From Octopus sinensis (lineage: Eukaryota): 64,000 nucleotides of DNA. Below are positions 1 through 13,399 of the stretch, piece after piece. The notes below the pieces were generated by a model. That model ran no database searches. It saw only the letters and a list, made by a program, of their open reading frames with translations, and was not told where the DNA came from. The translations under genes and the position numbers were made by a program. The stretch lies in the NCBI RefSeq assembly GCF_006345805.1, contig NC_043001.1, positions 80,414,001 to 80,478,000 of the forward strand, given 5' to 3'. Each line of letters starts with the position of its first letter. Within the stretch, counting starts at the first letter, position 1.

Positions 1-99
1 AACATTGCCTGGTTTAAAAAGCCACATCAGATGTCATGATGGTTCTAAGGCATAGATATAAGAGAGGTAGTCAAACTCTGCATAAGCAGTAGACAACCA

Positions 100-135
<36 letters not shown>

Positions 136-137
<2 letters not shown>

Positions 138-340
138 TTTTATTCTGCTATTTTTACTGGCTTCATTTATTTGACTGCGGCCATGCTGGAGCACCACCTT
201 TAGTCGAACAAATCCGCCCCACAACTTATTCTTTATAAACCTAGTACTTATTATTTCGGTATATTTTGCCGAACCACTAAGTTACACACATAAACACACC
301 AGCATCGGTTGTCAAGCGGTGTTGGGGGAGACAAACACAC
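136..340 (-). mobile_element. SINE family A (tRNA head, internal microsatellite), 3' half
   Basis: Reverse complement of the GACAACCGATGCTGGTGTGTTTAC...GGTGCTCCAGCATGGCCGCAGTCAAAT tail seen in the full copy at 16287-16691. Confidence 0.85.
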
Positions 341-544
341 ACACATATATATATATATATATGTTTGTGCGTGTGTATATGTGTGTGTGTGTATATGTGT
401 ATGTGTGTGTATGTATATGTGTGTTTGTGTTTGTGTGTCTGTGTTTGTCTCCCCCAACATCACTTGACAACAGATGTTGGTGTGTTTACGTGTGTAACTT
501 AGCGGTTAGGCAAAATATACCGAAAGAATTTTGTTAAAACAAAA

Positions 545-582
545 CTGTCCGACGAACAGGAACGTGAAACTCCGAGTAACAG
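545..582 (+). ncRNA. Minimal type I hammerhead-like motif (CCGACGA core)
   Basis: CTGT-CCGACGA-ACAGGAACGT-GAAA-CTCCGAG-TA/ACAG: stem I CTGT/ACAG, quasi-palindromic stem III, GUA cleavage triplet. Confidence 0.6.
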
Positions 583-653
583 CTTTTGTTATATTTCTGC
601 TGCTTTTCAATAAAGTAGATATATATTTAAAAGCAGCAGAAATATAACAAAAT

Positions 654-691
654 CTGTTACTCGGAGTTTCACGTTCCCGTTCGCCGGACAG
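654..691 (-). ncRNA. Minimal type I hammerhead-like motif, mirror copy
   Basis: CTGT-CCGGCGA-ACG GGAA CGT-GAAA-CTCCGAG-TA/ACAG: perfect stem II with GNRA loop, A6>G substitution in the core. Confidence 0.5.
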
Positions 692-1419
692 TTTTGTTAC
701 CTCTGGTATTTGAGTACTCTTTCTTCCACCTTGTTTCATATGTATGTGCTTACTCCGGTATATATATATATATAATATATATATATCTACGATGGGCTTC
801 TTTCAGTTCCGTCCACTGACAAGGCTTTGGTCAGCCCGAGACTATAGTAGAAGACAGTTGCCCAAGGTACCACGCAGTAAGACTGTACCCGGAACCATAT
901 GGCTGGTAAACAAGCTACTTTATTTAATCAAATTTGCCATAAAGGCTGTACATAGATTAATGTAGCTTGCGGGCTGGACACGGACATTAATGAGATGAAT
1001 GATAATGCTACAAGGATGATAAGGATGGGAGAGGACGAAAAGCGCCCGCCGACTTTTGCTTCTCTAAAACATTGTTCTTTTTTAAAAAAATATTGAATGA
1101 GGTATTAACCCTCTTACAATTTTTACACTTTATGGACTAAAAAGTCCACCACAATTAAAAACAATTTAATAAGACGATAAACCTATTACATAAATGAGTC
1201 CTTAATAAACTTTCTTGCTTCCTGCAGGAATTTCAGCAGCCGCAAGTTGGAGGACCATACACAAGTTCTGTATTCTTCTTGTGTGGTAAGCAAGCTACTT
1301 ACCACACAGCCACAAAGGGCAAAATTAAGAATGACTCAAGGGCCGAGGGTTTACATATTCATACATATACATCGAAAGAAATAAACTAAAAGTTATCGGC
1401 TCGATTTGCCAGTTTATGT

Positions 1420-1605
1420 GGCGTATATATAACCCTGAACGGAACCCCTGCCGTCACAAGGCTACTCATATTTGCCAGCTGAGTGAACCGGAGCAACTTG
1501 AAATAAAGTGTTTTGCTCAAGAACACAACACATCGCCTGGCCCATGGAGTTGAAACCACAACCATATGATCATGAGTGCAATACGCAAACCACTAAGCCA
1601 CTCTC
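1420..1605 (-). mobile_element. SINE family C (tRNA-like head), partial
   Basis: Minus strand reads TGGCTTAGTGGTTTGCG...GGTTTCAACTCC...TTCTTGAGCAAAACACTTTATTTCA, similar to 8955-9060 and 23505-23620. Confidence 0.65.
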
Positions 1606-1648
1606 TTCCGCCCATGCATACTTTCACACCTATATATATCATTGTTAT

Positions 1649-1878
1649 GGCGACGAGCTGGCAGAATCGTTAGCACGCCGGGCGAAATGCGTAGCCGTAT
1701 TTCGTCTGCCGCTACGTTCTGAGTTCAAATTCCGCCGAGGTCGACTTTACCTTTCATCCTTTCGGGGTCGATAAATTAAGTACCAGTTTCGCACTGGGGT
1801 CGATATAATCGACTTCATCCGTTTGTCTGTCCTTGTTTGTTCTCTCTGTGTTTAGCCCCTTGTGGGTATAAGGAAATA
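1649..1878 (+). mobile_element. SINE family B (tRNA head, GAGGTCGACTTT.CCTTTCATCCTTTCGGGGTCGAT core)
   Basis: A-box/B-box-like head (GAGCTGGCAGAATCGTTAG...GAGTTCAAATTCC); same family at 17911, 33200, 34750, 55380. Confidence 0.85.
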
Positions 1879-2178
1879 TATATATATCATTGTTATATAT
1901 TTTATGTCTTTTACGTTTTCGGTCACTAGACTACGGTTATGCTGGTGCTCCATTTTGAGGATGTTTAGTCAAACGAATCGGCCTCAGTACTTATATACTT
2001 TTAATCCTTTGCTAAACTTATATATTTTTCTCCTTTGCTGAACTGCTAAGTTACGGGTCACACACACACACACAAACACACACACAAACACACACACACA
2101 AACACACACACACATTTACATATATAACGTTTGTAAAGATACATAAATCCAGAGAAGCATACTCTGAGATGTAGAGCA

Positions 2179-2321
2179 GTTAACATTATAGTGGGGTAGG
2201 CTGGTTTATGGGTTACCCTGGGTTTCTCGCTCATAAGGGTTTAGCATTAAGGCATATCTTCAGACCCCAAACTCAACTAGCCTGAGACCAGTAGTGAGAC
2301 CTACCCCACTATAAATTTAAC
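2179..2321. mobile_element. Small MITE with 15-bp perfect terminal inverted repeats
   Basis: TTATAGTGGGGTAGG (2186-2200) and CCTACCCCACTATAA (2300-2314); TA at the outer edges. Confidence 0.6.
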
Positions 2322-2537
2322 ACACACACACATACACACACACACACATACACACCACACACACCCACACACATATATATATAATATTATATATATATAA
2401 TATATACATACTCTTTTACTTGTTTCAGACATCTGACTGCGGTCAACCTGGAGCGTGTTATATATATATATACATAAACACACATATGTATATATTTTAT
2501 ATTATATATATATATATCATATATATTATATATATAT

Positions 2538-2570
<33 letters not shown>

Positions 2571-3413
2571 GTATGTATATATTATATATATATATTATAT
2601 ATATTATATATATATATATATCTATATATATATATATATATATATAATATAATATATATATATATTATATATATACAGCATATATATATATATATATAAC
2701 GTACATAAAAAACATATGCCGATAGTTTATGTTGACGTATTTATGAGTGTGTATATATGCATATATATATATATATATAGGTGTGTATATTATTTTATAT
2801 ATGTGTGTGTGGTGTGTGTGTGTGTGTGTGTGTATGTACATACGTGTTATATATTATATATATATATAATATATATATATATATATAAATATTACGCAAT
2901 ACATCATACATAAATATACATACATACGTACATCCATACATACATACAGAAACACAAGCACGCATATGGACACATATGCACGATAATCTACGGCCAACCA
3001 AGCGGGAGTTTGCTGGTTTGCTGGTTCATATCCTGTTATCGATGTGGCGAGCATCCATCGAACCATATCTATGAGCCAACTCCGATATCCGCTTGTAGTT
3101 ATTGCATCATTTCTTATAAAGCTTTCCTCGGACGCGAGGTGCAAGACTGCTACATTTCATATCCCCCCGCTGTGGTTGGTCACCTATGGATACCAATGGT
3201 CACCACGGGTCAAGCAATTAACTGTTTATTTAGCACGTGAGACTCGTACACATACACACGCTCAAACCTTCAAAGGCATGCACACTTAAACAGGCATCTA
3301 CGTATTTATGTATGTATGTGTGTGTATAAATATATATAAATATCTATTCCTATACATATGTGTGTGTGTGTACATATATATATACACATATACATATACG
3401 CATATATATATAC

Positions 3414-3459
<46 letters not shown>

Positions 3460-3920
3460 CACATATCTATAGATATATATATATATATATATATACATAT
3501 ATATACAAATATATATACATATATATACACGCATATATCTACACACAGATAGACACATATATATGCGTACTGTGTGTGTGTATGAGCATGTGTGTGTGTG
3601 TATGTGTGTGTGTGCGTTTCAAATATGAAACTATATGTTATACATATACATTTATATGCGTATACATATATACACATACATACACACATATACACACACA
3701 CATATAGGTAGTTACATACATACACATATATATATATCTGAGTGTTTGTGTGAGTGTATCTATATTTATATATATATATATATACATGTATGGGTGTATG
3801 TATATGTCTATATATATATATATATATGCAATATTTTCAACTTATACGTGTGTGTATGAAATATTTATATAAATTATACCACATATGAATATTCATAGAT
3901 ATACACTTATAATTGGTGTT

Positions 3921-3955
<35 letters not shown>

Positions 3956-4130
3956 ACACAACTACAGGCACACAAGCATACACACACGCGTGCACGTATA
4001 CACGTGCACATATACAACCACACATACACACTCTGGGTAAGCGTAAGCACTATTTCCGTTTTGCATCAGATCAAGGAGATAATAAAGATAAACGGGGAGG
4101 GCGTAGGAAGCCTTAATTGCCGTCTCAATG

Positions 4131-4208
<78 letters not shown>

Positions 4209-4765
4209 CGCACGCATATTCACGCATAGACGCATCATATAGTGACACACACATGCACGTACGTACAAGCCACACACACAGCAATATAGCAGTTCCGCAA
4301 TGATTGCTCAAGTGTGTACGCTCGGTGTTCATCAAGCTGGAACTAGGAAGCAGGGAATACCGTCCTCTCTCACTAGAGCGGTGTTCATTGATGCCCGTGA
4401 TCTAGTTATTTCTTTTACACTAATACTCTAGAATACTATATAGTAGGAGGATAACTTAGTCTAGAGAATGCCTGCTCTCGCTCTTACACACACATACACA
4501 CACACACACACATGCGCACAAATGTTTATACACATATGCACACACACACACATACACACATACACAGAGATATATACATAACTACGCACGCATGTATACG
4601 TGCACATCTAGGTACAAAGACATACAGACAGATGAGTGCGTGTAATGTATGAGTGTGTGTGTGTGTGTGTATGTGTGTGTGTGTGAAGAAAGAAGCGATG
4701 CAACAGTGTAAAGAGAATCGAAGACTGTACACTGGGCATTAGAAATTTACGCGTGTATGTGTGTG

Positions 4766-4836
<71 letters not shown>

Positions 4837-5160
4837 ATATATGTGTGTGTGTATATATGTGTGTATGTATGTATATATGTGTGTGTGTGTATATATGTAT
4901 ATATATCTGTATAATATATATATATATATATATGTATATGTATGTATATATACTATAATACATATAAATATATATACATATTATATATATTATACATAGA
5001 TATATATAAATATGTGGTATGTGTACTTCTATATGTATATATAAAGGTATATATATATATATATGTATATATGTATATATAATATATGTAAATATATAAT
5101 ATAATATAATATATATATATGTATATATATATATATATCGGGAGAGAGAGAAAAAAAGGA

Positions 5161-5272
<112 letters not shown>

Positions 5273-5711
5273 TATCTCTGCCTCTGGTGTCGAGCTATTG
5301 CACGTGGGTGGCTGTGAGGTGTATTTGATCGACTGTGTTTATACGTAGGAGTGTGTAAGCATGAATGTTATGTAGGTGTGGGTGAGTGGGTGTGTATGTG
5401 TGTTTGTGCGCAGAAGGTAAAGTGTCTTTGTGCCATGAAACTGAGGTCACTACAGGGGAGATGATACATAAAGACATCAATCACATATGTCTATTAGTAT
5501 GTCGGTCTGTATGTATGTATGCATGCCTCTCTCTCTCTCTCTCTCTCTCTCCTTCTTTCTCTCTATCTATATATCTACCTCTCTATCTAGGATGTTCTGC
5601 ATCACACATCTCTTTCCTATCTAGCTTTTTATCACTCACTTTTGTGCGTGCATATATGTGTATGTGTGTATATATATGTATGTATGAATATATATATGCT
5701 TGTATGTATTT

Positions 5712-5745
<34 letters not shown>

Positions 5746-6254
5746 ATATATCTATACATGTATATATAAATATATATACATATATATAGTGTGTCGTTAT
5801 TGCCCTTGTTATTGTAGTAGTTATGGTATATGTATGTACGCATGACAGAGACTGTGTGGCTTATATATATGCATATATACCTGTGTGTGTGTGTATGTGT
5901 GTGTGTCTATGCGTGTATGTATGTGTGCGTGCGTGTTTGTGTTTACGTGTGCTAGTTCAGTTAATGTGTTGAAGGTAAGTTCGCAGTAAATGTGATTTAT
6001 TTGTAAGATCGATAATATCAGTCCATTCGCGAGGTTTTCTGTCTCCATGCATGTACCTTTTTGTCAGCCATTCCGTCTACCTGTCTGTATGTATCTAAGT
6101 CGATATCTCTAAGGCTTTCTGTGGCTTCAATCTAGTTTTTGTCTCTCCAACTTGTCTACATATATTTTATTTTTTATTTTATTTTATCTAGTTTCAGCTC
6201 ACGAGCTGTGGTCATGCTGGAGCACCGCCATTTTGTGTTGCTACATGATTTTAC

Positions 6255-6560
6255 TTCACGAATGCTTTTTTAGCAATTGCCATTTGGTGCATGAGAGAGT
6301 TCGAATGCAGCTGCCTTCACTGCACGCTCTGCGTGAATTTGGTTCATCTGGACACCTGACAGGAAGAGATCCAGTTTATTTTAAGACATCTGCATCCACC
6401 CCATGCATGTCTCTCAGGTTCTTCGTGAGGATATTGAAGAGCTGTGGGCCTCTGAAGCCCAGGCTATCACCGTATCTTGTCCTACATCTTGATGGCAAAA
6501 TTTGGAGTCCTTGGCACTATGCAGTGGCGCCAGTTCTAGCATTTGTGTAACTCTCGATGA
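6255..6560 (-). mobile_element. CR1/L2-group LINE ORF2 3' fragment, decayed
   Basis: Minus translation SYTNARTG...PSRCRTRYGDSLGFRGPQLFNILTKNLRDMHGVDADVLK*...PDEP resembles the FN.LP..LR / F/LK..LD C-terminus of CR1/L2 RTs; stop and frameshift present. Confidence 0.65.
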
Positions 6561-6599
6561 CAACATATATATATATATATTTATATATATTATATATAT

Positions 6600-8228
6600 A
6601 CTAAGCAATAAGGGTTTTGCAACGAGTTGCCTTACCACATACCGAATTTAGAAATAGCAGTCAAAGGGTTATAGCTATTTCTTCTACTAAAAAGGGAGAT
6701 CTCAGTAAAAACAGCATTTGAAGGCACAAACAGGTAGAGAGAATGAATTGACTGCAATCTATCATACATTTTTTTTAGTTATCCACGGCGTACGTTTCGA
6801 AATCAAGTTTAAGGAAAGCATACAATTAAATATTAAATATCAAATAATAAATAATTCTATCTTACCGAAACTTCTTTTCTCTTCAGCGAGAATACTATAA
6901 TCATAATGATTATATATTGAATTTTGAGATACCAGAAGGGCACCAACTCCACTCAGTATCAGAGCGAGCTAGAACCCGCAACTGGTATCACCGAATTCAA
7001 TTTGTGAATGAAGATTGTGTCAACAGCCCCTTCCACCCCGCGGTGTAGCCAAAACAAGATGCTGTGGTCATCTACTGAGATAAAATATGGTATCCGTATA
7101 TGAAGGGTGAAATTAATTAATTTGGAAAAATTATCATTACACCAAGTAGTCTTCGCATGTAAAAGCCTCATTCGAGGAAAATTTAAGTAATACTAAGCAA
7201 TAAGGGTTTAGCAACGAGTTCCCTTACCACCTACCGAATTTAGAAATAGCAGTCAAAGGGTTATAGCTTATTCTTCTACTAAAAGGGAGATCTCAGTAAA
7301 CCAGCATTTGGAAGGCACAACAGGTAAGAGAGAATGAATTGACTGCAATCTATCATACATGTTTTTTAGTTATCCACGGACGTACGTTTCGAATCAAGTT
7401 TTAAGGAAAGCATACGAATTAAATATTAAATATCAAATAATAAATATTCTATCTTACCGAAACTTCTTTTCTCTTCAGCGTAGAATACTATAATCATAAA
7501 TGATTATATATGAATTTTGAGATACCGGAAGCAACCAACTCCACTCAGTATCAGAGCGAGCTAGAACCCGCACTGGTATCACCGAATTCAATTTGTGAAT
7601 GAACGATTGTGTCACAGCCAGCCTTCCCCCCGCGTGTACCAAAACAAGATGCTGTGGTCATCTACTGAGATAAAATATGGTTATCCGTAATAATGAAGAG
7701 GTGAAATTAATTAATTTGGAAAAATTATCAATTACACCAAGGTGTCTTCGGCATGTTAGAAGCCCTCATTCGAGGAAAAGTTTAAGTAATACTAAGCAAT
7801 AAGGGTTTAGCAACGAGTTGCCTTACCACATAACCGAATTTAGAAATAGCAGTCAAAGGGTTATAGCTATTTCTTCTACTAAAAAGGGAGATCTCAGTAA
7901 AACCACGCATTTGGAAGGCACAAACAGGTAGAGAGAATGAATTGACTGCAATCTATCATACATTTTTTTTTAGTTATCCACGGACGTACGTTTCGAAATC
8001 AAGTTTTAAGGAAAGCATACGACCATTAAATTTAAATATCAAAAATAAATAGTTCTATCTTACCGAAACTTCTTTTCTCTTCAGCGTAGAATCTATAATC
8101 ATAAATGATATATATTGAATTTTGAGATACCAGTAAGGCACCAACTCCACTCAGTATCAGAGCGAGCTAGAACCCGCAACTGGTACACCGAATTCAATTG
8201 GTGAATGAACGATTGTGTCAACAGCCCC
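6600..8228. repeat. Tandem array, ~595-bp unit, ~2.7 copies
   Basis: ACTAAGCAATAAGGG starts units at 6600, 7192 and 7791; part of the unit recurs at 20941-21119. Confidence 0.95.
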
Positions 8229-8954
8229 TATAGTTATATATATATATATATGCATATAATATATAGCGTATAGACAAAGAACTTTCGTCAATTGGGGTGC
8301 TCACCTCTAAAACACGTATTCACCTCTAAGTAGGGAACGTGATCTTTTTCTTTTTTTCTTTTTCTACCTATTAGAGTCACTTCCCTTTTATTCAACGGTT
8401 TTTCATAGCGTCTGTTCCATTAATAGCCCAAGAATGCATTCGAAACTCCCGAGTACTATAATGTAACTTTTCACTGTTTGTTCTAAATGATAACACACAC
8501 CAACATATATAGTATATATATATATATATATATAATATATATATATATTATATATATATACATAGTATGTGTGTTTTGTTGTATGTGCATAATATGTCAG
8601 TGTGTGTGTGAATGTCTGTGTGTGTGTGTGTGTGTTTAACAGAAAAGTGTTGAAAGAAATAACTCCAAGTGGTTAGCAGCATGTATTTAAACAGCGAAGA
8701 CGTATAAGAACATTTTAAATAACATACAGGAAAAGTACTTGATTTATTGAGATTATCGTTGACTCCACAGAGGCTTGACCATTTCCTTCGAGGCTTTTGG
8801 TACCAAAGGAGAAATAGGATGCAGAAATAATTTCAAAAATCAAAACTTATCCAATACTTATATGTAATTTACGAAAAGTTTTTTCTCTAGTCTAAACAGA
8901 AGTAAAATAGCCTCTGTCTCGGCAAACTTCATCAGAATAATAATCGCCCAACCT

Positions 8955-9260
8955 TATCTTCAGTGGTTAGAGCGTCATAGTCATGAGATAGTGAGTTTGA
9001 TTCCAGGACCGGGCTGTGTGTTGTATTCTTGAGCAAGACCCTTTATTTCACATTCCCCTCGTTCAACCAGTTGTAGGAATGAGTTGCAACGTCACAGATG
9101 CCAAGCTGTATTGGCCTTGGATAATATCGATGGCGTACAGAGCGGAGTCTGGTTTGCATTGGTGACTGCTGGTCTTCCATGAAACAACCTTGCCCGGACT
9201 TGTGCCTCGGAGGGTAATTTTCTAAGTGCAGTCCTATGGTCATTCATGACCGAAGTGGGT
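8955..9260 (+). mobile_element. SINE family C copy
   Basis: CAGTGGTTAGAGCG...GAGTTTGATTCC head followed by TTCTTGAGCAAGAC. Confidence 0.6.
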
Positions 9261-10282
9261 CTTTACCTGTCTTTCACTATCTTCAGCAAATTAGATAATA
9301 TGTGTGTTTGTTCAGCGTGTGACTTTAATGGATACCTGGCTCAGGAGTTCCACGATTTTGAGGACTGGAGGACCACCTCTTAGTCACTATTGTTACTAGG
9401 TCTATTTTGGCTCGCGGGAGTAGATCCTGTCAAGGTACCAGCTATGAGTTAATTAGCTTGGATAACATCCAAGTAGGCTTGCCTACTTGTGCATGGGAAG
9501 AACCAGCGGTTTCTGCAGAAGAAACCTTCATGGTTCAATGGAGAGGAAGGCGGCCGTAGCAAAGCATCGTGACATGCGGAAGGCAATATGAGGCAAGATG
9601 TGATCTCTCCCTTTCTTTCTCTCTCTCTCTCTCCATGTCTCTCTCTCTCTCTCCATGTCTCTCTCTCTCTCTCCATGTCTCTCTATCTCTCTCTCCCCAC
9701 TCAATATGACAGATGAACCAGACCCCCAACGAAAGTACTGAAAATTTGCTTTTTCTCCCGTTATTCTGGTTACCAGTAAATATTTTGTTTGTTTTTCTCA
9801 CTGTTATCTAGTGTTAAACAAAGGAATTTAAAAAGCAAAGCGCTTTACATTTAACCATATAAAGAAGTAATATATAAACTAAAAACAAATCCACGGTAAA
9901 TAACTGCAATGCTACGAAGACGAACTGAATGACAGCGCAAATCTCCACCCCGGTCAGTTCAATATGATAGTTGTTCTTCTACACAGTCCCTTTTCGCCGC
10001 AGTATACACAAAAATGTATGCACTTATGAAAACCTCGAAGTAACATGTAATTTTTTTGCCCTCTCTCCCTTGGTTTCTTGGCGTAGAGGTTTCTTGCTAT
10101 AAGAGGAAGAACCTCACTTTGCACTCACATTGTTTCATGTTCAGTCCCAGTGCACGGTACCTTGGTCGAATATCTTCTACTGTAGCACTATAACCCTTGG
10201 CCGACCAATGCCTTATGAGTGAATGTTGCTGACAGTAACTGTACAGAAGGCACATATATTTCTCTCTCTCTCTCTCTCTCTC

Positions 10283-10325
<43 letters not shown>

Positions 10326-11330
10326 GCTTTTGTGTTTGTGTTTGCCCCTTAACTGCTCGACAACCGGCCTTGATTTGTCTACGTCCTCATAAATTAGTGG
10401 ATCGACAAAACATAACTGATAAAATAATGTACCACATATAAATCTTGGGGTCATTTTATTCGGCTAAACCTTTTAAGACGATATATGAAAATGGCTGCAG
10501 TCCAGTGACTGAAACATGTAAAAGAAAACGTATCACATTTATGTATCAATCTTAATGAAACAGCTGTTGACTAGAGTTTAAGTATGAAGTATGCGTAGAT
10601 TTCTTGCTCTTTACATTTGATATAGTTGTGCGGTCTAATCTGTGAGATGTTATTAAATCTATTATTTCACGTTTATTACTTTAGATGCATTAATCCTTTA
10701 ACTGTAAAATTTAATTGCATGGTTATTCCAGTAATGATGTTAAATGCCTATCAGAAACAAGAATAGGTATTTTCTGCAAGCCTCCTGAATAAACTTGGCA
10801 TCTCAAGTAGAAATACTTTCAAAATTGGCATTCCACAACAAAAGATAGAAGGGTATTCAAAACTGCTTTCCGCAGTAAGTTAATGGAATTCTAAGTGGAT
10901 ATATTTAATTCCCGCATTAAAAGGGTTAATATATTGTCAGTTAGACAACGGGAAGTTCGATCGAAGACTATTGTTAGCCTGTTGGTTTGTGCATTCTGGG
11001 TCCATTGGTTCTTCCCACATTCTACAACCATTCCTCACGTATATGATATTTCTTCTCATGCCTTTCCTACGACTACCGCAAAGGCTTCTCGTCTTCTAAG
11101 CTCGCAAGCGGCACACGCTCTTCTCTCATAGCCACTCTTGCAAGCTGCCTTATCTTCCCTATCATTATTACAAAGTCTCCTTATCCGAACACTTTGACTA
11201 AGTATCTCAGCCAATTCTTTCAAATGAATGTTTTTTATGCTTTGTTTTGTTTGTTTATTTTTTGTTATTTTTCCAAAACAGACTGACCTACATATGTACA
11301 CATACCCGCGCGTGCACGCACACGCATACA

Positions 11331-12594
11331 CAGAGGTTGGACAAAATGATTGGAACACGTGTTAAATTCAATGAATATTTATTTAATATGGAGTTGGTCC
11401 TCCTTTAGCTTTCTGAACAACTTCGATGCGTCTAGGAATTGATGCATACACCTTCCTGATTTCATTGAGAGGAATTTCAAACCATTCTTCCGGCAAAACT
11501 TGCTCCAGCTGTTGCTGACACGACGGTGGAGGGTAACGACTTCTAACTTATCGCTTCAAGATGCACCACAGATGCTCAATGATATTAAGATCTGGAGATT
11601 GAGGAGGCCACTCTACGTGTTGTAATTCACTACTATGTTCTTCATACTAATTCTTAACCCCATGAGAGGTGTTTAATGGAGCATTGGCATCTTGGAAGCT
11701 GCACTCGCCATCAGGGAATAATGTTTGGACCATTGGAATGACTTCATTCTCTACTCTAAAATATTCAGGTAATCATTGCTGTTGATCCTACTATGCAGGA
11801 CAACGTTTGGACCAAGAGAATTCCAAGAAATGGCTGCCCAAACTATCACAGACTCTCACCATGCTTCTCTGTAGGAAGAAGGTAGTCAGAATTAAAAGCT
11901 TCTCCAGGCTGCCTCCACACATAAACTCGCCCTGCAGTGGGGAAAAGAGAAAAACTGGACTCGTCGAAGAATATTACCTGCTTCCACTGGTTTATCGACC
12001 AGCCCTTGTAATCTCTACTCCAGCCCGGCCTTTTCTGAATGTTTTGATGAGAAAGCAGAGGTTTCTTGATGGCGGCTCTTCCATGACATACGGCTTTACT
12101 GAACTCACAGCTAACAATTTTGGTCGAAACTAGGCTAGTCAGATGTTGATTCAACCCTTAGTCACTTTAGGGGCAGTTGTCCGGTGATTTTTCATCACAA
12201 TGCGATTCAACACTTGTCGGTCTCTTTCAGTGAGCTTCGAAGTCCTGCCAGACTTATTCCTCCTGCTGGAGGCTTTGCTCTGCTTCTCAGATTCAGCCAT
12301 GGTCCTTCATATGGTAGCTCTCGAAAAACCAAGTAGTTCAACTGTTCTGGTGACGGAAGTGCCTGCCATTCGAGCTCCAACAATTTACTCTTTTACGAAA
12401 TCAATGAGGTCACGTATCTAGGCTTAATTTATACTACGATCTGAAAAAGAGATGGAAATAATCATTCAGTTAGATAAATTAAACCATCTACAATACAAAA
12501 AAAAAGATGAAATTTCGATGGATATTCGTACTGTAATATCATTGAAATATTGGAGTTAAATTTCGACTGTTCCAATTATTTTGTCCGACCCCTG
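11331..12594 (-). mobile_element. Tc1/mariner transposon, decayed, DD36E (Incomer-like) spacing
   Basis: 26-bp TIRs CAGAGGTTGGACAAAATGATTGGAAC / GTTCCAATTATTTTGTCCGACCCCTG, TA at the right end; motifs WKQVIFFDES, FQDANAP and [16 protein letters not shown]; internal stops and frameshifts. Confidence 0.92.
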
Positions 12595-13399
12595 TATATG
12601 TATATGTATGTATTATGTATGTATAAGTATGTATATATATGAAAAAAAAAAAAAATATAGATATATAATATATATATATAATATATATATATGTATATGT
12701 ATATGTATTTAAGTTGCATATGAAACACGGAGAAGACGAAACAGGGAATCAACCGGATTAGCCTCAATATCCGGCAAACTTTCAAATCTGACTCTTCTCA
12801 TTCTCCTCTGTTGCGGCAAAGTACATTCCTGATTTTGCATTTTTTTTCTTCTGTAAGTTAGTTGTACAGGTTTTGCATTTGTTATCATTCCAAGGTGGTT
12901 TCTTAACTGGGTATAATTTACACAGTTGTAACTTTCATATACATGGATGCTGCTCATGTTTGTAAAAATAGCTATAAATTGTTCTTAATGAGAAAATGTT
13001 CTTAAAGATGGCTTATTCGGTTTCATGAACACAATATTGTATATCTAACGAAAAGTAATCTTTCACGTGATATAGGAAATTGATATCTTCTAATACGTTC
13101 ATAGATGCCTGGTGTGTAATTCACAGTGCTACACATATATGTTCAATATTAACAATACATTTAGTAATTGAATTGTGTAAATGACATATGTCTAATTCAA
13201 ACATATTAAATAAGAATACAGGATTAAATAAATGCAAAAATTGGTATATTTCATTTGTAGCTATTAGTGAACATGATAATATACTATCGTTTTAGTCATG
13301 ATTGTCTTTAATTCTTAAGATAATTTGAAAAATGAGTTGAAAATGAAATGACGAGAAGTAAAGCAATCATGGAAACAGAATCGTTGTGGTAGAATTGTT

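Larger units (their letters stand above)
538..698. repeat. Inverted repeat, ~70-bp arms with 21-nt spacer, Penelope-like terminus
   Basis: 538-607 is the reverse complement of 629-698 with about 3-4 mismatches. Confidence 0.9.

Noticed and set aside
7140-7190. Minus-strand CTCGAATGA-GGC..GC(C)-GAA hammerhead-like string in the tandem unit (also about 7745-7785 and 20985-21020)
   Set aside because: Core has two extra bases, stem I cannot be formed and the copies disagree; kept only as a hint of PLE origin
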